NCBI GenBank assembly: GCA_963828195.1
Contig: CAWHDT010000003.1
Span: 64,001 to 128,000 of the forward strand
Direction: 5' to 3'
DNA from: Candidatus Bathyarchaeota archaeon
GTDB taxonomy: Archaea > Thermoproteota > Bathyarchaeia > Bathyarchaeales > Bathycorpusculaceae
DNA length: 64,000 nt
Below the pieces are notes generated by a model, which ran no database searches, had not been told where the DNA came from, and was given only the letters and a program-made list of their open reading frames with translations. Position 1 is the first letter of the stretch. The number at the start of each line of letters is the position of its first letter. The position numbers and the translations under genes were made by a program. Positions 21,654 to 31,213 of this stretch are shown piece by piece.

Positions 21654-22225
21654 TTATGATGCAAAAAATTAATTTTATCGGTTTAGCGGCTGGAATTTCA
21701 AGTTTGCTCCTCATCGCCATTTCGTACTTTGTCCCGTGGTGGCATCTCTCAGCCGGCAGTCCAGCAAATTTCCAACTTAACTTTTCTCCCGTTAACTTCA
21801 ACATAACCCATTCGGGTACTGGCGTCGCCATACCCTTAGTTTTGGCTTTGAACATAGCGTGCCTACTGACCCTGTTGGCAGGCGGCATCACACTTACAAT
21901 CTACGCATTAAAACCAACCCAATCTTACTCGAAACAGCTGCTTGGATTCGGATATACAAAACCCATCTTCACTCTCGCGGCTTTCATTGCAATATTGATT
22001 ATTGTGCCAATTGTTCTGCAGGTATTTATCAGAGTAAGCTTGCCCGTTAACGGTTCAGCAATCATAAGTCCAAACGGATCAAGCCAAAGCGCAAGCGTTT
22101 CAACCTCTTTAAACTGGCCCTTCTACTTCGCCATCGCAGTCACAGCATTAAGCATCGCAACACGATTCTACCATCGAAACCTAATGAAATCAGCAATCGT
22201 GACTCCGACACCGCCTCTAACATAA
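21650..22225 (+). CDS. Four-TM membrane protein
   Basis: Hydrophobic helices, PWW motif, overlaps upstream stop. Confidence 0.7.
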   Translation: MIMMQKINFIGLAAGISSLLLIAISYFVPWWHLSAGSPANFQLNFSPVNFNITHSGTGVAIPLVLALNIACLLTLLAGGITLTIYALKPTQSYSKQLLGFGYTKPIFTLAAFIAILIIVPIVLQVFIRVSLPVNGSAIISPNGSSQSASVSTSLNWPFYFAIAVTALSIATRFYHRNLMKSAIVTPTPPLT

Positions 22226-22302
22226 AAATTGACAGATCTGACGGGAACCAATGCTGGACAACCGCATTTTATACTGCAATACCTCGCTTTTTCTTTTGAC
22301 CT

Positions 22303-22597
22303 TTACTCCAGAAGCGCCTCCACAATGTGGCTGCTGTCCCCAACTATCAGCGATTTCTGTCCTCGCGAATCATTCGCACTATTTCGTCAGTAGACATTTT
22401 ATGGGATTCTTTGCTTGGAGCTCCTTAAGTTTGGCGAGGGTATCTTCGTATTTTTTGTTGTTCAGATAGAGTTTTATGGCTTCCCTTAGAGTGCTGGATA
22501 GACTTCCGTACTTCAATAATTCCAGTTTTTCCTCTTCCGTGATTCTAACACAAACTGAAGTCATAGACTTCGTCATACATAATGTAAAATAATTCAT
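22303..22597 (-). pseudogene. Decayed vapBC-like toxin-antitoxin pair
   Basis: Antitoxin-like MTSVCVRITEEEK...; adding one A in the A-run gives ...PIKMSTDEIVRMIREDRNR*; overlapping PIN-like stub LIVGDSSHIVEALLE*. Confidence 0.55.
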
Positions 22598-22660
22598 ATA
22601 AAATATTGCAGAGGAAAAGTAGCCGGAAGGAAAAAAATCTTGATTAGGCGGCAGTTGGAT

Positions 22661-22738
22661 TGGCGGGCCCGACGGGAATTGAACCCGCGACCTACGGATT
22701 AAGAGTCCGCCGCTCTAGCCTGACTGAGCCACGGGCCC
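22661..22738 (-). tRNA. tRNA-Lys(CUU), CCA encoded
   Basis: GGGCCCG acceptor stem, anticodon arm GCGGA-CTCTTAA-TCCGT, T-arm GGTTCAATTCC, 3' GCCA. Confidence 0.95.
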
Positions 22739-22858
22739 GCATGGCTTGCTTTTGAAAAAGGTTCCACTGGATAATATAGAGCTTACGGTTGTTGTTGCAG
22801 CTTGATGCAATGAAAAACTAATAACATACCAGCCCCGTAGCTTTAATGGAGAAGTTTT

Positions 22859-23785
22859 ATGGCAAACTCTTCGGGAGAAGTTTTCATTCTAAAAACTACG
22901 GATCGCGCAACAGGTGTTCCTGCACTGCTCAAAAAGTTTGACCTAAACGATTACGTGGGAAAGCAGGTGGCGTTGAAAGCGAATTTTAACAGCGCTGACC
23001 CGTTTCCCGCTTCAACCCACTTGGATACGTTACGAGCTATCGTTGGAACCATAAAAAACGCTGGAGCAGGCGGCATAACCATGGCTGAACGCAGCGGTAT
23101 GGGTGACACAAAGCAGGTTCTGGAGGAAATGGGCGTTTTATCCCTGTCAAGGGAGCTGGGGTTCAAGGCGGTTGTTTTAAATGACGTGCCCAAAGATGAG
23201 TGGGTCAAGATTGAGCGGGGTGGCACCCACTGGATTAAAAGGTTCTACATGGCGAAGGTATTCCATGATGCGGACAAGGTGGTGCAGACCTGCTGCTTGA
23301 AAACTCACAGGTTCGGCGGCCACTTCACGCTTTCGCTAAAAAACTCGGTTGGGTTGGTTGCAAAAAGGGTTCCGGGCGGAATGTACGATTACATGTGGGA
23401 GCTGCATGGGTCGCCTTATCAACGTCAGATGATTGCTGAAATAAACAGCCACTACAACGTGGACTTTGTTTTGATGGATGGAATAAAAGCCTTTGTTACC
23501 GGTGGTCCCGATAAGGGCACGTTGGTTGAGCCGAATCTTTTACTTGCAAGCCGCGACAGAGTAGCCATCGACGCGGTGGGCGTTGCGATTCTTAAAATGT
23601 ACGGGGCGAAAGGCAAAGTTGGCGAAGCAGACGTTTTTGAGCAAGACCAACTCAAGCGGGCAGCAGAGCTGGGCTTCGGCGTAAAATCAGTCGCTGAAAT
23701 ACAGTTGACGCCTCTAAACGATGGAAGCCGAGCTGAAGCGGAGCGGATAGAGCGGGTTCTTAAAATGCAGGTTGCTATGCATTGA
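22859..23785 (+). CDS. DUF362 family protein
   Basis: KQVALKANFNS, LKTHRFGGHFTLSLKNSVG, DRVAIDAVG. Confidence 0.85.
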   Translation: MANSSGEVFILKTTDRATGVPALLKKFDLNDYVGKQVALKANFNSADPFPASTHLDTLRAIVGTIKNAGAGGITMAERSGMGDTKQVLEEMGVLSLSRELGFKAVVLNDVPKDEWVKIERGGTHWIKRFYMAKVFHDADKVVQTCCLKTHRFGGHFTLSLKNSVGLVAKRVPGGMYDYMWELHGSPYQRQMIAEINSHYNVDFVLMDGIKAFVTGGPDKGTLVEPNLLLASRDRVAIDAVGVAILKMYGAKGKVGEADVFEQDQLKRAAELGFGVKSVAEIQLTPLNDGSRAEAERIERVLKMQVAMH

Positions 23786-24464
23786 GCTTCATTAGAATGT
23801 CTGGTTTGTCGCTGGCTATGCCGTCCACGCCTTTCTTCGCGTAATCTTCTGCTTCCTCTGGCGTGTTTATGGTCCAAACGACCACTTTTAAGCAGCATTC
23901 ATGAGCTTTCTCAACGTTAGCGGTGTGGGTGAACCTGTAGAGCGCAAATAGATAGTTGGCTTTTAGCTCCAGCGCTGCCTTAAGCGGATTCTTGTGCTTC
24001 GCATAAATCAAGCCAGTCTCAATATCCATGTTGAGTTCCCTAACTTTCTTTAACGCATCTTCAAGAAAAGAAATGATAACAACATTCTTCTCCAATTTTT
24101 TCGCATGCACTATCGAAAGCACCTGCTCTTCAATGCCCACTTCTTTAAGCTCAACAAACACCTTCACCTTCTTATCCAAAAAATCCAGCGTTTCCTCCAA
24201 AGTCGGAATTTTCTCGCCGTCAGCGGAAAGGTTTTTGATTTCCTTAAGCGTAAGCTCGCTTACCAAGCCTTCGCCGTTGGTTGTCCGCTTAACATCCGCA
24301 TCGTGAATAACGACGATTTGGTTATCTTTAGTTTTTCTAACGTCCAACTCAACCGCGTCCACTCCAATTTCTAATGCCTTCTTAAAACTCGCCAACGTAT
24401 TCTCAGGCGAATAAGCTCTCGCGCCCCTATGACCAATACGTAACATAATAAATTGATTTCTCAA
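23775..24464 (-). CDS. Glycerophosphodiester phosphodiesterase
   Basis: IGHRGA...PENTLASF, ELDV, HD, WTIN, GVDGIASD; start probably 24446. Confidence 0.92.
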   Translation of the reverse strand: MRNQFIMLRIGHRGARAYSPENTLASFKKALEIGVDAVELDVRKTKDNQIVVIHDADVKRTTNGEGLVSELTLKEIKNLSADGEKIPTLEETLDFLDKKVKVFVELKEVGIEEQVLSIVHAKKLEKNVVIISFLEDALKKVRELNMDIETGLIYAKHKNPLKAALELKANYLFALYRFTHTANVEKAHECCLKVVVWTINTPEEAEDYAKKGVDGIASDKPDILMKLNA

Positions 24465-24570
24465 CGAAGAATAATACTTTTTGCAAGTTCCCTCTTTACA
24501 TAACTAAGTAGTTCCAAACCTGATGAAAAAAGTTAAGTGAAGTACACTATATCTTAATTGTGGGATTTCA

Positions 24571-25290
24571 TTGGAATATAAAGGAGAATCCAAAATAGAC
24601 GAGTGCGTGGAATGTTGTGTCAGGGACAATGATTTCTCTAAAAAGAAGGTATTTCTGTGTAATTTTTGTAATAGATGGCTTTGTGAAAAACATATTGAAC
24701 CTAGAGTAGCGTTTATTCCAAATTTTAATCCTACAAACTATCCACCACAGATAAAAGTGTTATATGAACAAGAATACAGACACAAAGGCGGACACCCTGA
24801 TTGGAATTTTAGCCGTAAGAAATTTGAAGACCTTGATATTGAAGAGAAAACACGGAATGAATTGGTAAAACAAGCCTTGGATAGAATGTTGAATCCTGAA
24901 GAGTCTTTTGAAGAGGATACGGATGCAAACAGGCAAAAAAGAATGGTCATGACGCAAGAACGCGAATTTGACGGGAGAATAAGAAAAGAGAACAAAAAAG
25001 AATGTCCCAAAAACGATAGAGAAGATACAGACAAAACTGTGGAAATACCCCTTCAGGAAGAGAGCAACATTATGTGGCATCCAGAAAAGGTATTTGTCGG
25101 ATATACAAAAACAGTTGGTAACATTCATAAATATAATTACATAGTTCCGACAAGAATTTACTATGATGAACAATACCGCAAAAGGCTTGATAAAGCAGAA
25201 ACGTTGGCGGAAGTAGAGCAAATCATTAGAGATTATGATAAGCATCATCGAACAGAACAAGGAGATAAACAGAGTAAGAAACATTGGTGA
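24571..25290 (+). CDS. Hypothetical protein with N-terminal AN1-like Zn finger
   Basis: CVEC...FLCNFCNRWLCEKH; AT-rich. Confidence 0.55.
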   Translation: MEYKGESKIDECVECCVRDNDFSKKKVFLCNFCNRWLCEKHIEPRVAFIPNFNPTNYPPQIKVLYEQEYRHKGGHPDWNFSRKKFEDLDIEEKTRNELVKQALDRMLNPEESFEEDTDANRQKRMVMTQEREFDGRIRKENKKECPKNDREDTDKTVEIPLQEESNIMWHPEKVFVGYTKTVGNIHKYNYIVPTRIYYDEQYRKRLDKAETLAEVEQIIRDYDKHHRTEQGDKQSKKHW

Positions 25291-25402
25291 TGATGGCGAT
25301 TAAACTACTAAGCCAAACAACTTGGCGATGCAAAAACTTAAACCAGTTATCAGAAAATAATTAAGTCCTTGTAGAATGTAAACAGAGAAAGAGGAAATAC
25401 TA

Positions 25403-25867
25403 ATGGTTTACAACCGCAGAAGAGGTACTGCTATAGTCGAGTTTCCCGAAGGCATTTTGGTTGTTAGTCAAGGAAGCGAATCATTTATGCTTGCAGGTGG
25501 CGGGGCGAACAAAGGTGAAAGCCGAAGAAAAGCTGCAATGCGAGAACTTCAAGAAGAAACAGGTTTAAAGCCTTTAGATTCAAAATATTTGTTTTCTTAC
25601 ACAGGTAGACTTCACAAAGACTTTAAGGGCAGAGAGCCTTTTCGAGATAACCACAAGGTCTTTTTAATCAAGGCAGACGGCACTCCTACACCTCAAAGAG
25701 AAATTAAGCGCATAGCATTTTTCAAAGAAGGTTCAGGTCTGAAATTAGTATATTCTACAAAAGAAATCATTGAAAAGTTCTTGGTTATGAAAGGTGAGGG
25801 CTTCAAACCTTTAGTTTGTAAGGAGTGTGGAGGGAAGACTTTTTTTACCTTCACAAAAAACCGATAA
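25403..25867 (+). CDS. NUDIX hydrolase (C-terminal Zn ribbon frameshifted)
   Basis: GGGANKGESRRKAAMRELQEETGL Nudix box; second CxxC lies in another frame ending at 25913. Confidence 0.85.
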   Translation: MVYNRRRGTAIVEFPEGILVVSQGSESFMLAGGGANKGESRRKAAMRELQEETGLKPLDSKYLFSYTGRLHKDFKGREPFRDNHKVFLIKADGTPTPQREIKRIAFFKEGSGLKLVYSTKEIIEKFLVMKGEGFKPLVCKECGGKTFFTFTKNR

Positions 25868-26209
25868 TGCACTCGAATGTGACCATTGTGGAACGACATA
25901 TAAAAAAAGCTGAATTAAAATTAAGCTTCCATCGAAAGTTTTCCTATGGTAAAAAGTCTTAAATCTGCATAGCGTAGAAATAGGGCTGATAGGCTATTTT
26001 TAGCCAATTAAATTGTGTTCTAAAAAATTATAATGACAATTTGTTTTTTAACTTTTTTTAAAAGAAAATTAGCACGTCGGGATAGGGTATCAATTAGCAA
26101 TTGAATTTCTCCGACAAAATTGACCGGTAGAGCGTAATTTTTGCGTGTCTCTATTGACGTGGAGCGGGCAGCTATATTTTTTGAAGGCACTTTTTATACA
26201 AACATGATT

Positions 26210-27040
26210 TTATGCTTCTGCTTTCAGTGTTTTTAGCATGCTTCCCGATCGGAAGCCCTCCAAATCAAATGTCACATATTTGAATCCTAATTTTGTGAGA
26301 TCCTCAGCTACCTTATCCAAAACATCGACGTTACAAAGGAGGTTTCTTTCAGCTTTACCAACCTCTATCCTCGCCAACCCATTATGGTCTCTAACTCGAA
26401 TCTGCTTAACCCCAGTTATTGCCTTTACAGCTTGCTCCGCCTTGTCAATTCTGCTCAGTTTCTCAGCCGTAATTCTCTCGTTAAACGGTATTCTCGAAGC
26501 CAAACACGCTAAAGCAGGCTTGTCATGAACGCTAAGCCCCATTGTTTTGGCTACTTGGCGAATCTCATCCTTGCTAAACTTGTTAATCATCCATGGACTA
26601 TACACGCTTTCTGCTTCCTGAACGGCTTTGAATCCTGGTCGGTGATCGTTTAAATCAGTGAAGTTTGTGCCTTCAAAAACCGCTTTGAACCCCATTTCAT
26701 GTGCGAAGTTGACGAGCGATTGGAGTAGTTCGGTTTTGCAGTAGTAGCAGCGGTTTTCAGGGTTTTTAGCAAAATCTTCGTTGGTTAACTCGTTGGTTTC
26801 AATCACGCATAGTTTGATGCCGATGTCTTCGGCTATTTTTTTGGCGTCTTTCAGTTCTTCCGACGTGTAAGTTGGGCTCTGTGCGATAACAGCTACAGCT
26901 TTTTCGCCGAGAACTTCATGGCTAACAGCAGCCAATGTCGAACTGTCTACGCCTCCGGAAAAAGCAATTACTACTCCGCCTTTTCCTTTTTCTTTGATGA
27001 AGCGTTTGAGCTCTTCAAGCTTGCCGTTTAAATCTTCCAT
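26210..27040 (-). CDS. larE: ATP-dependent sacrificial sulfur transferase
   Basis: AFSGGVDS, NRCYYCK, DHRPG, ACLASRIP, RVRDH, GFRSGSM. Confidence 0.92.
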   Translation of the reverse strand: MEDLNGKLEELKRFIKEKGKGGVVIAFSGGVDSSTLAAVSHEVLGEKAVAVIAQSPTYTSEELKDAKKIAEDIGIKLCVIETNELTNEDFAKNPENRCYYCKTELLQSLVNFAHEMGFKAVFEGTNFTDLNDHRPGFKAVQEAESVYSPWMINKFSKDEIRQVAKTMGLSVHDKPALACLASRIPFNERITAEKLSRIDKAEQAVKAITGVKQIRVRDHNGLARIEVGKAERNLLCNVDVLDKVAEDLTKLGFKYVTFDLEGFRSGSMLKTLKAEA

Positions 27041-27045
27041 TTAGA

Positions 27046-28299
27046 TCACTTTGTTTGGTTGAAAACTTCTTTTGCCCTCGAAATTACGAGCTCCGAAAGC
27101 TCCCTAAGAGGCTTGTTAGTTTTTTCCGCCAACCCTTTAAGGTCATCGTATTCGGGTTTTATGCGGATTATTATTCCATTCCGATTTTTGGAAACTTTAA
27201 CCTTAACTGTTTCTTTAACGTCGCCGATCAGCACGTCAACAAACTGGGTTTCTTGAGTAACAATATGTCGTTCACACAGGTAAACTCTAACTCCCAGCGT
27301 GCCTGTTTCATTAATTAGCACGTCTGAGAGGTGCCCGATGTCTTTTTGGTCAGCAATCACTTTGATAATTTGTCCAGGTCTATTCTTTTTAGTGAACATC
27401 GGGATGACGCTTACGTCTTTAGCGCCTTCCACGAGAAGCCTGTCAACGGTGTGACCTACAATTTCGCCTGACACATCGTCAACGTTGGTTTCCAACACGG
27501 CAATCTGATCCTTTATCAACGAATCTTCTAAAGGTTTACCAACAATTATTCGAAGAACGTTAGGTATTTCAGGAAACTCTTTGCCGCCCGCACCATAACC
27601 GACCTTGACGGGAGCCATTTCAGGGTAAAACCTGCTTACTTCGTCTGCCAAATTAACTATTATTGATGCTCCAGTGGGCGTTGCAAGTTCTGACTCGACT
27701 GGTCCGCCTTTGATCGGGAAATTTTTTGATTGAAAAATAGCCAACGCTGCGGGGGCTGGGCTAGATACGGTGCCATGCGAGAACTGGAACAGCCCTCCGC
27801 CAACGGATACTGGTGACGCAACTATTTTTGCGTTGAAGAAGCCCAGGTCTTCCATGGCAACTGCTGAACCGATAATTTCAGCGGCGGTATCAACTAAACC
27901 GACTTCATGCAGATGAGCATCAGATAAGTGGTGCCCGTGAAGTTTCGATTCTGCATCAACCAACGTATGAATCACATTTGAAGCAAACTGCTTTGCTTTT
28001 ACTGAAAGCTTAAGGTTTTCTGCTGTTTTTTCAACTATTTCGATCAGTTGTTTTCCGTCTTTTCGGGATTTTCCTTCCGCTGTAACATCGACTTTGGTGG
28101 CTCTGAACTCCTTACGCATCACATGTTTGATTTCAACAGCAACATTCTTGTAGCCGTATTCTGCGTTCTCCAGACTTTTTATTGCGGAAGTAACCTTGTT
28201 CACGTCTGCTCCAAGATCCAGAAGAGCGCCAAGCATCATGTCGCCTGAAACTCCAGCGACTTGGCAATCAATCATAACTATTTGGGAAAACTCAGTCAT
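27046..28299 (-). CDS. larC: Nickel-pincer cofactor cyclometallase
   Basis: GVSGDMMLGAL, HLHEVG, PAPA, TPTGA, ETNVDD, KKNRPG, KPEYDD. Confidence 0.92.
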   Translation of the reverse strand: MTEFSQIVMIDCQVAGVSGDMMLGALLDLGADVNKVTSAIKSLENAEYGYKNVAVEIKHVMRKEFRATKVDVTAEGKSRKDGKQLIEIVEKTAENLKLSVKAKQFASNVIHTLVDAESKLHGHHLSDAHLHEVGLVDTAAEIIGSAVAMEDLGFFNAKIVASPVSVGGGLFQFSHGTVSSPAPAALAIFQSKNFPIKGGPVESELATPTGASIIVNLADEVSRFYPEMAPVKVGYGAGGKEFPEIPNVLRIIVGKPLEDSLIKDQIAVLETNVDDVSGEIVGHTVDRLLVEGAKDVSVIPMFTKKNRPGQIIKVIADQKDIGHLSDVLINETGTLGVRVYLCERHIVTQETQFVDVLIGDVKETVKVKVSKNRNGIIIRIKPEYDDLKGLAEKTNKPLRELSELVISRAKEVFNQTK

Positions 28300-28374
28300 T
28301 TTTTTCGACCGCTTGCTAATACTAAAAAGCAAAAACGATATATTGCTTGCGGTTCTTGAGAAAGTGACCCAATC

Positions 28375-29157
28375 ATGTCAACAGTAAAAGAGATTCTTGA
28401 AAAAACCGCGAAAAACGAGTTAACAGTTGAGGAAGCAGAAAAACTGTTACGTATGCTATCAATCGCTGAAGTTGAAGACATAGCAAAAATCGACGCCAAC
28501 AGGGAACACAGAAAAGGCATACCTGAAATAATTCTAGCCGAAAACAAAACAAAAAAAGACCTAGTTGAAATAACTCTTCGGATGCTCAGCGAAAACGGCA
28601 GGGTGATAGTGAGCAGATGCAGCCAAGAACAAGTTCATGCCCTCAACCAAGCGCTGCCTGCCAATGCAACCTGCAATATTAACGAGAAAGCAAGAATGGT
28701 TGTTATAAAAAAGAAAAACCACTCAGTTAAAAGCACGGGTGGAAAGATTGGGCTTTTAACCGCAGGCACCTCGGATATTCCGGTGGCTGAAGAGGCCAAG
28801 GTGATTGCGGAGGAAATGGGCTGCCAAGTTTACACGTCGTATGATTTGGGTGTAGCAGGGATCCACAGGGTTATGCAGCCTCTGAAAGATTTGATAATGA
28901 AGGACGTTGACGTTATTGTCGTGGTTGCAGGCAGGGAAGGCGCTTTGTCCTCAGTGGTCGCCGGCATGGTCAATGTACCCGTGATTGCGGTTCCAACCTC
29001 CAACAGCTACGGTTTCGGCGAAAAAGGCGTAAGCACCCTGATGGCTATGCTTCAGTCTTGTTCACTGGGTTTGGCGGTGGTAAACATCGACGCGGGGGTT
29101 GCCGCTGGCGCTGTAGCAACGTTGATCGCGAATCGCGCCGCAAAATTCAGAAGCTGA
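28375..29157 (+). CDS. larB: NPN cofactor biosynthesis carboxylase/hydrolase
   Basis: TAGTSDIPVAEEA, DLGVAGIHR, AGREGAL, PTSNSYG, VVNID. Confidence 0.92.
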   Translation: MSTVKEILEKTAKNELTVEEAEKLLRMLSIAEVEDIAKIDANREHRKGIPEIILAENKTKKDLVEITLRMLSENGRVIVSRCSQEQVHALNQALPANATCNINEKARMVVIKKKNHSVKSTGGKIGLLTAGTSDIPVAEEAKVIAEEMGCQVYTSYDLGVAGIHRVMQPLKDLIMKDVDVIVVVAGREGALSSVVAGMVNVPVIAVPTSNSYGFGEKGVSTLMAMLQSCSLGLAVVNIDAGVAAGAVATLIANRAAKFRS

Positions 29158-29252
29158 AGACATTTTTCTTTTTAGTAAACGTTAGTCAAGCTTATTGGCG
29201 ATCAGTAGAATGCTTAAATAGTGTTTGAGTCTACTCAGAAACGAGGGTTTTC

Positions 29253-29717
29253 ATGGAGAATAGTCAAGACGAAATCTTGTTGAACCCGATAGGCACCGTC
29301 AAAACCGAAGCTGTCGGCGATGAAGTTAAAGATAAATCCAGAATATGCCAGATTATTATCCGTGAGGAATTTGCTGCAGCTTTAGATGGGGTTGATGGTT
29401 TTTCGCATCTGTTTGTGCTATTTTGGCTCAACAAAGTTTCCGGCAAGCAACGAATGACTTTGAAGGTTCATCCCAGAGGCAGAATGGATATGCCTTTGCT
29501 TGGAGTTTTCGCAACCCGAACCAACATTCGACCCAACCCCATAGGCTTAACCCTTGTTGAGTTGTTAAATGTTGAAGGCGACACTTTGACTGTTCGCGGA
29601 TTGGACGCTTTCGACGGCACACCCGTCTTGGATATCAAGCCTTTTGATTCATGGGACACCGCGGAGAAGGCACGTGTTCCTGACTGGTGGATTAAACTAA
29701 ACATGGAAAAACGTTGA
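29253..29717 (+). CDS. tsaA: tRNA m6t6A37 methyltransferase TrmO/TsaA family
   Basis: GVFATR...RPNPIGLT, GLDAFDGTPVLDIKP. Confidence 0.9.
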   Translation: MENSQDEILLNPIGTVKTEAVGDEVKDKSRICQIIIREEFAAALDGVDGFSHLFVLFWLNKVSGKQRMTLKVHPRGRMDMPLLGVFATRTNIRPNPIGLTLVELLNVEGDTLTVRGLDAFDGTPVLDIKPFDSWDTAEKARVPDWWIKLNMEKR

Positions 29718-29719
29718 TG

Positions 29720-30220
29720 CTACAGCAATTCTTGGATTCCGTATTTTGTGTTAAGTATTTTTAGCATTTCTGTTCTGAGCTCTTCTCCTTTTAGGCCCGT
29801 CGCTTTAACGCCGCCAATTTCTTTTGCAAGCTCTGGCTCTTTGTAAGCTTCTTTTAGCCAGTTTTCAAAGTCGCCTCTGTAGAGGTGAAATTCCAGCGAA
29901 CCTGCATTGATTTGCTGTATTGCCAAGTAAAACTCCCGTAGCGTGTTGGCTTTGAATTCTGAAGGTTGATTGACACCAAAGTAAAAGTGAAAACTCATTC
30001 CGATAGGAACAGCTGTGAGGGCTTTAAGAGCCTCTTTCCCTTTTTCTGAGACACTAAATCCTCTTTCGTTTCTCTGCAGAAAACCTTCTTTTGCCAACTC
30101 TTGGAACTGCTGTATAGTTTCGGTAGGAGTTAAATTTGCTTTTTTAGCAAACATATTCAAATCCATGCGGCCTGTCGCTTCGCTCATTGTTTTTAAAACT
30201 TTAAACTGCTGCTCTTTCAA
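29720..30220 (-). CDS. wHTH + DUF5752-like protein
   Basis: N-terminal wHTH; FHFY...A.TL.EF...SLEFHLYRGDFENWL. Confidence 0.7.
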   Translation of the reverse strand: MKEQQFKVLKTMSEATGRMDLNMFAKKANLTPTETIQQFQELAKEGFLQRNERGFSVSEKGKEALKALTAVPIGMSFHFYFGVNQPSEFKANTLREFYLAIQQINAGSLEFHLYRGDFENWLKEAYKEPELAKEIGGVKATGLKGEELRTEMLKILNTKYGIQELL

Positions 30221-30404
30221 ACGGCTTCCCTCAACGCCTATTATTGTCTAAACGGAAATTTAAACATCTTAACCATCTAAATAAGCAATTTCCCCGAAAA
30301 GGCAAAACACAGCTAAGCCAGTTCACTTCGCAAAACAAAAACGGCGTTTTCTCTCTGAAGCTTGTTTTTTAAGCGTAAGAGTCTTATGTTTTGTTGTCCA
30401 CTTG

Positions 30405-30475
30405 GTGTTTCGGATGATGAGCACTAGAGTCTGAGCTTAAGCAGTGAGATGGACTCGACGGGCGAACTGACACTT
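30405..30475 (+). ncRNA. Putative C/D box sRNA
   Basis: Box C ATGATGA (30414-30420), 10-nt spacer, D' CTGA (30431-30434), D CTGA (30467-30470); C' box is degenerate. Confidence 0.5.
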
Positions 30476-30552
30476 TCAAGCGGAAAACTTATCTGTGAAG
30501 CAGTTATGGAAATGTACGCTGCAGGCAAGTTATTAGGCTGACTTGAACCGAG

Positions 30553-30846
30553 GTGAATATGAAAATGGTTGAAATGAAAGTCGATACTTCCGAACTTAAA
30601 GGCGACGAAGCCAAATTAATCGAGAAACTAGCGGATTTCCTCAAGGAGAAAACAGGCGGGGAAGTAGTAACAGGCGATAAAATCTTAACGGTGAAAGGCG
30701 AAGGCGAGGGACTCAGCAAAAAATACGTACGCATAACATTGAAAAAGTTCCTCTACAAGTATGCGCTTACAGAGTCTTTCAGAGTAATAGGCAACGAAGA
30801 GAACACGCTTAAAATAAAACAGAGAAAACTTGAAGAAGAAGATTAA
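30553..30846 (+). CDS. rpl22e: Ribosomal protein eL22-like
   Basis: LADFLKEK, SKKYVRITLKKFLYK and FRVI motifs, acidic EEED tail. Confidence 0.75.
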   Translation: MNMKMVEMKVDTSELKGDEAKLIEKLADFLKEKTGGEVVTGDKILTVKGEGEGLSKKYVRITLKKFLYKYALTESFRVIGNEENTLKIKQRKLEEED

Positions 30847-30997
30847 CCAGTCCTTTTTTTCCAAATTTAATTAATTCTTTATTTTTGCCATCAAACAAAC
30901 CATGCCCGCCTGCTGTCTATTTTCTGAACAGAATGTTCCACAGCTTAGCATTAAATCAAAAAGGCGCTAACTATGCATTGAGCAGGAGAGACTCAAG

Positions 30998-31171
30998 TTG
31001 CGCCACAAAAAAATAGCTGCCAGTGCGGTAGTTACAGTTTCAACAATAGCCTTTTTGGGGTTGACTGGGGAAACGGGCATAGCACTTCGAGGCGTGGACC
31101 CAGTAGCTGTAATTGCAGCCGTGGCAGTTGCGGTTATAGGTATAGTCTGGTTCAAAAAAACAGTTAGTTAA
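30998..31171 (+). CDS. Small two-TM protein (57 aa, not in ORF track)
   Basis: MRHKKIAASAVVTVSTIAFLGLTG...VAVIAAVAVAVIGIVWFKKTVS; AGGAG RBS upstream of TTG. Confidence 0.5.
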   Translation: MRHKKIAASAVVTVSTIAFLGLTGETGIALRGVDPVAVIAAVAVAVIGIVWFKKTVS

Positions 31172-31213
31172 AACGGCTTGTGGCTAAGCCTTGGCTGTGA
31201 TGAAACAAGAAAA

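Noticed and set aside
30967-31155. Minus-strand 62-aa ORF
   Set aside because: The opposite strand has a better candidate with an RBS and two TM helices (30998-31171).
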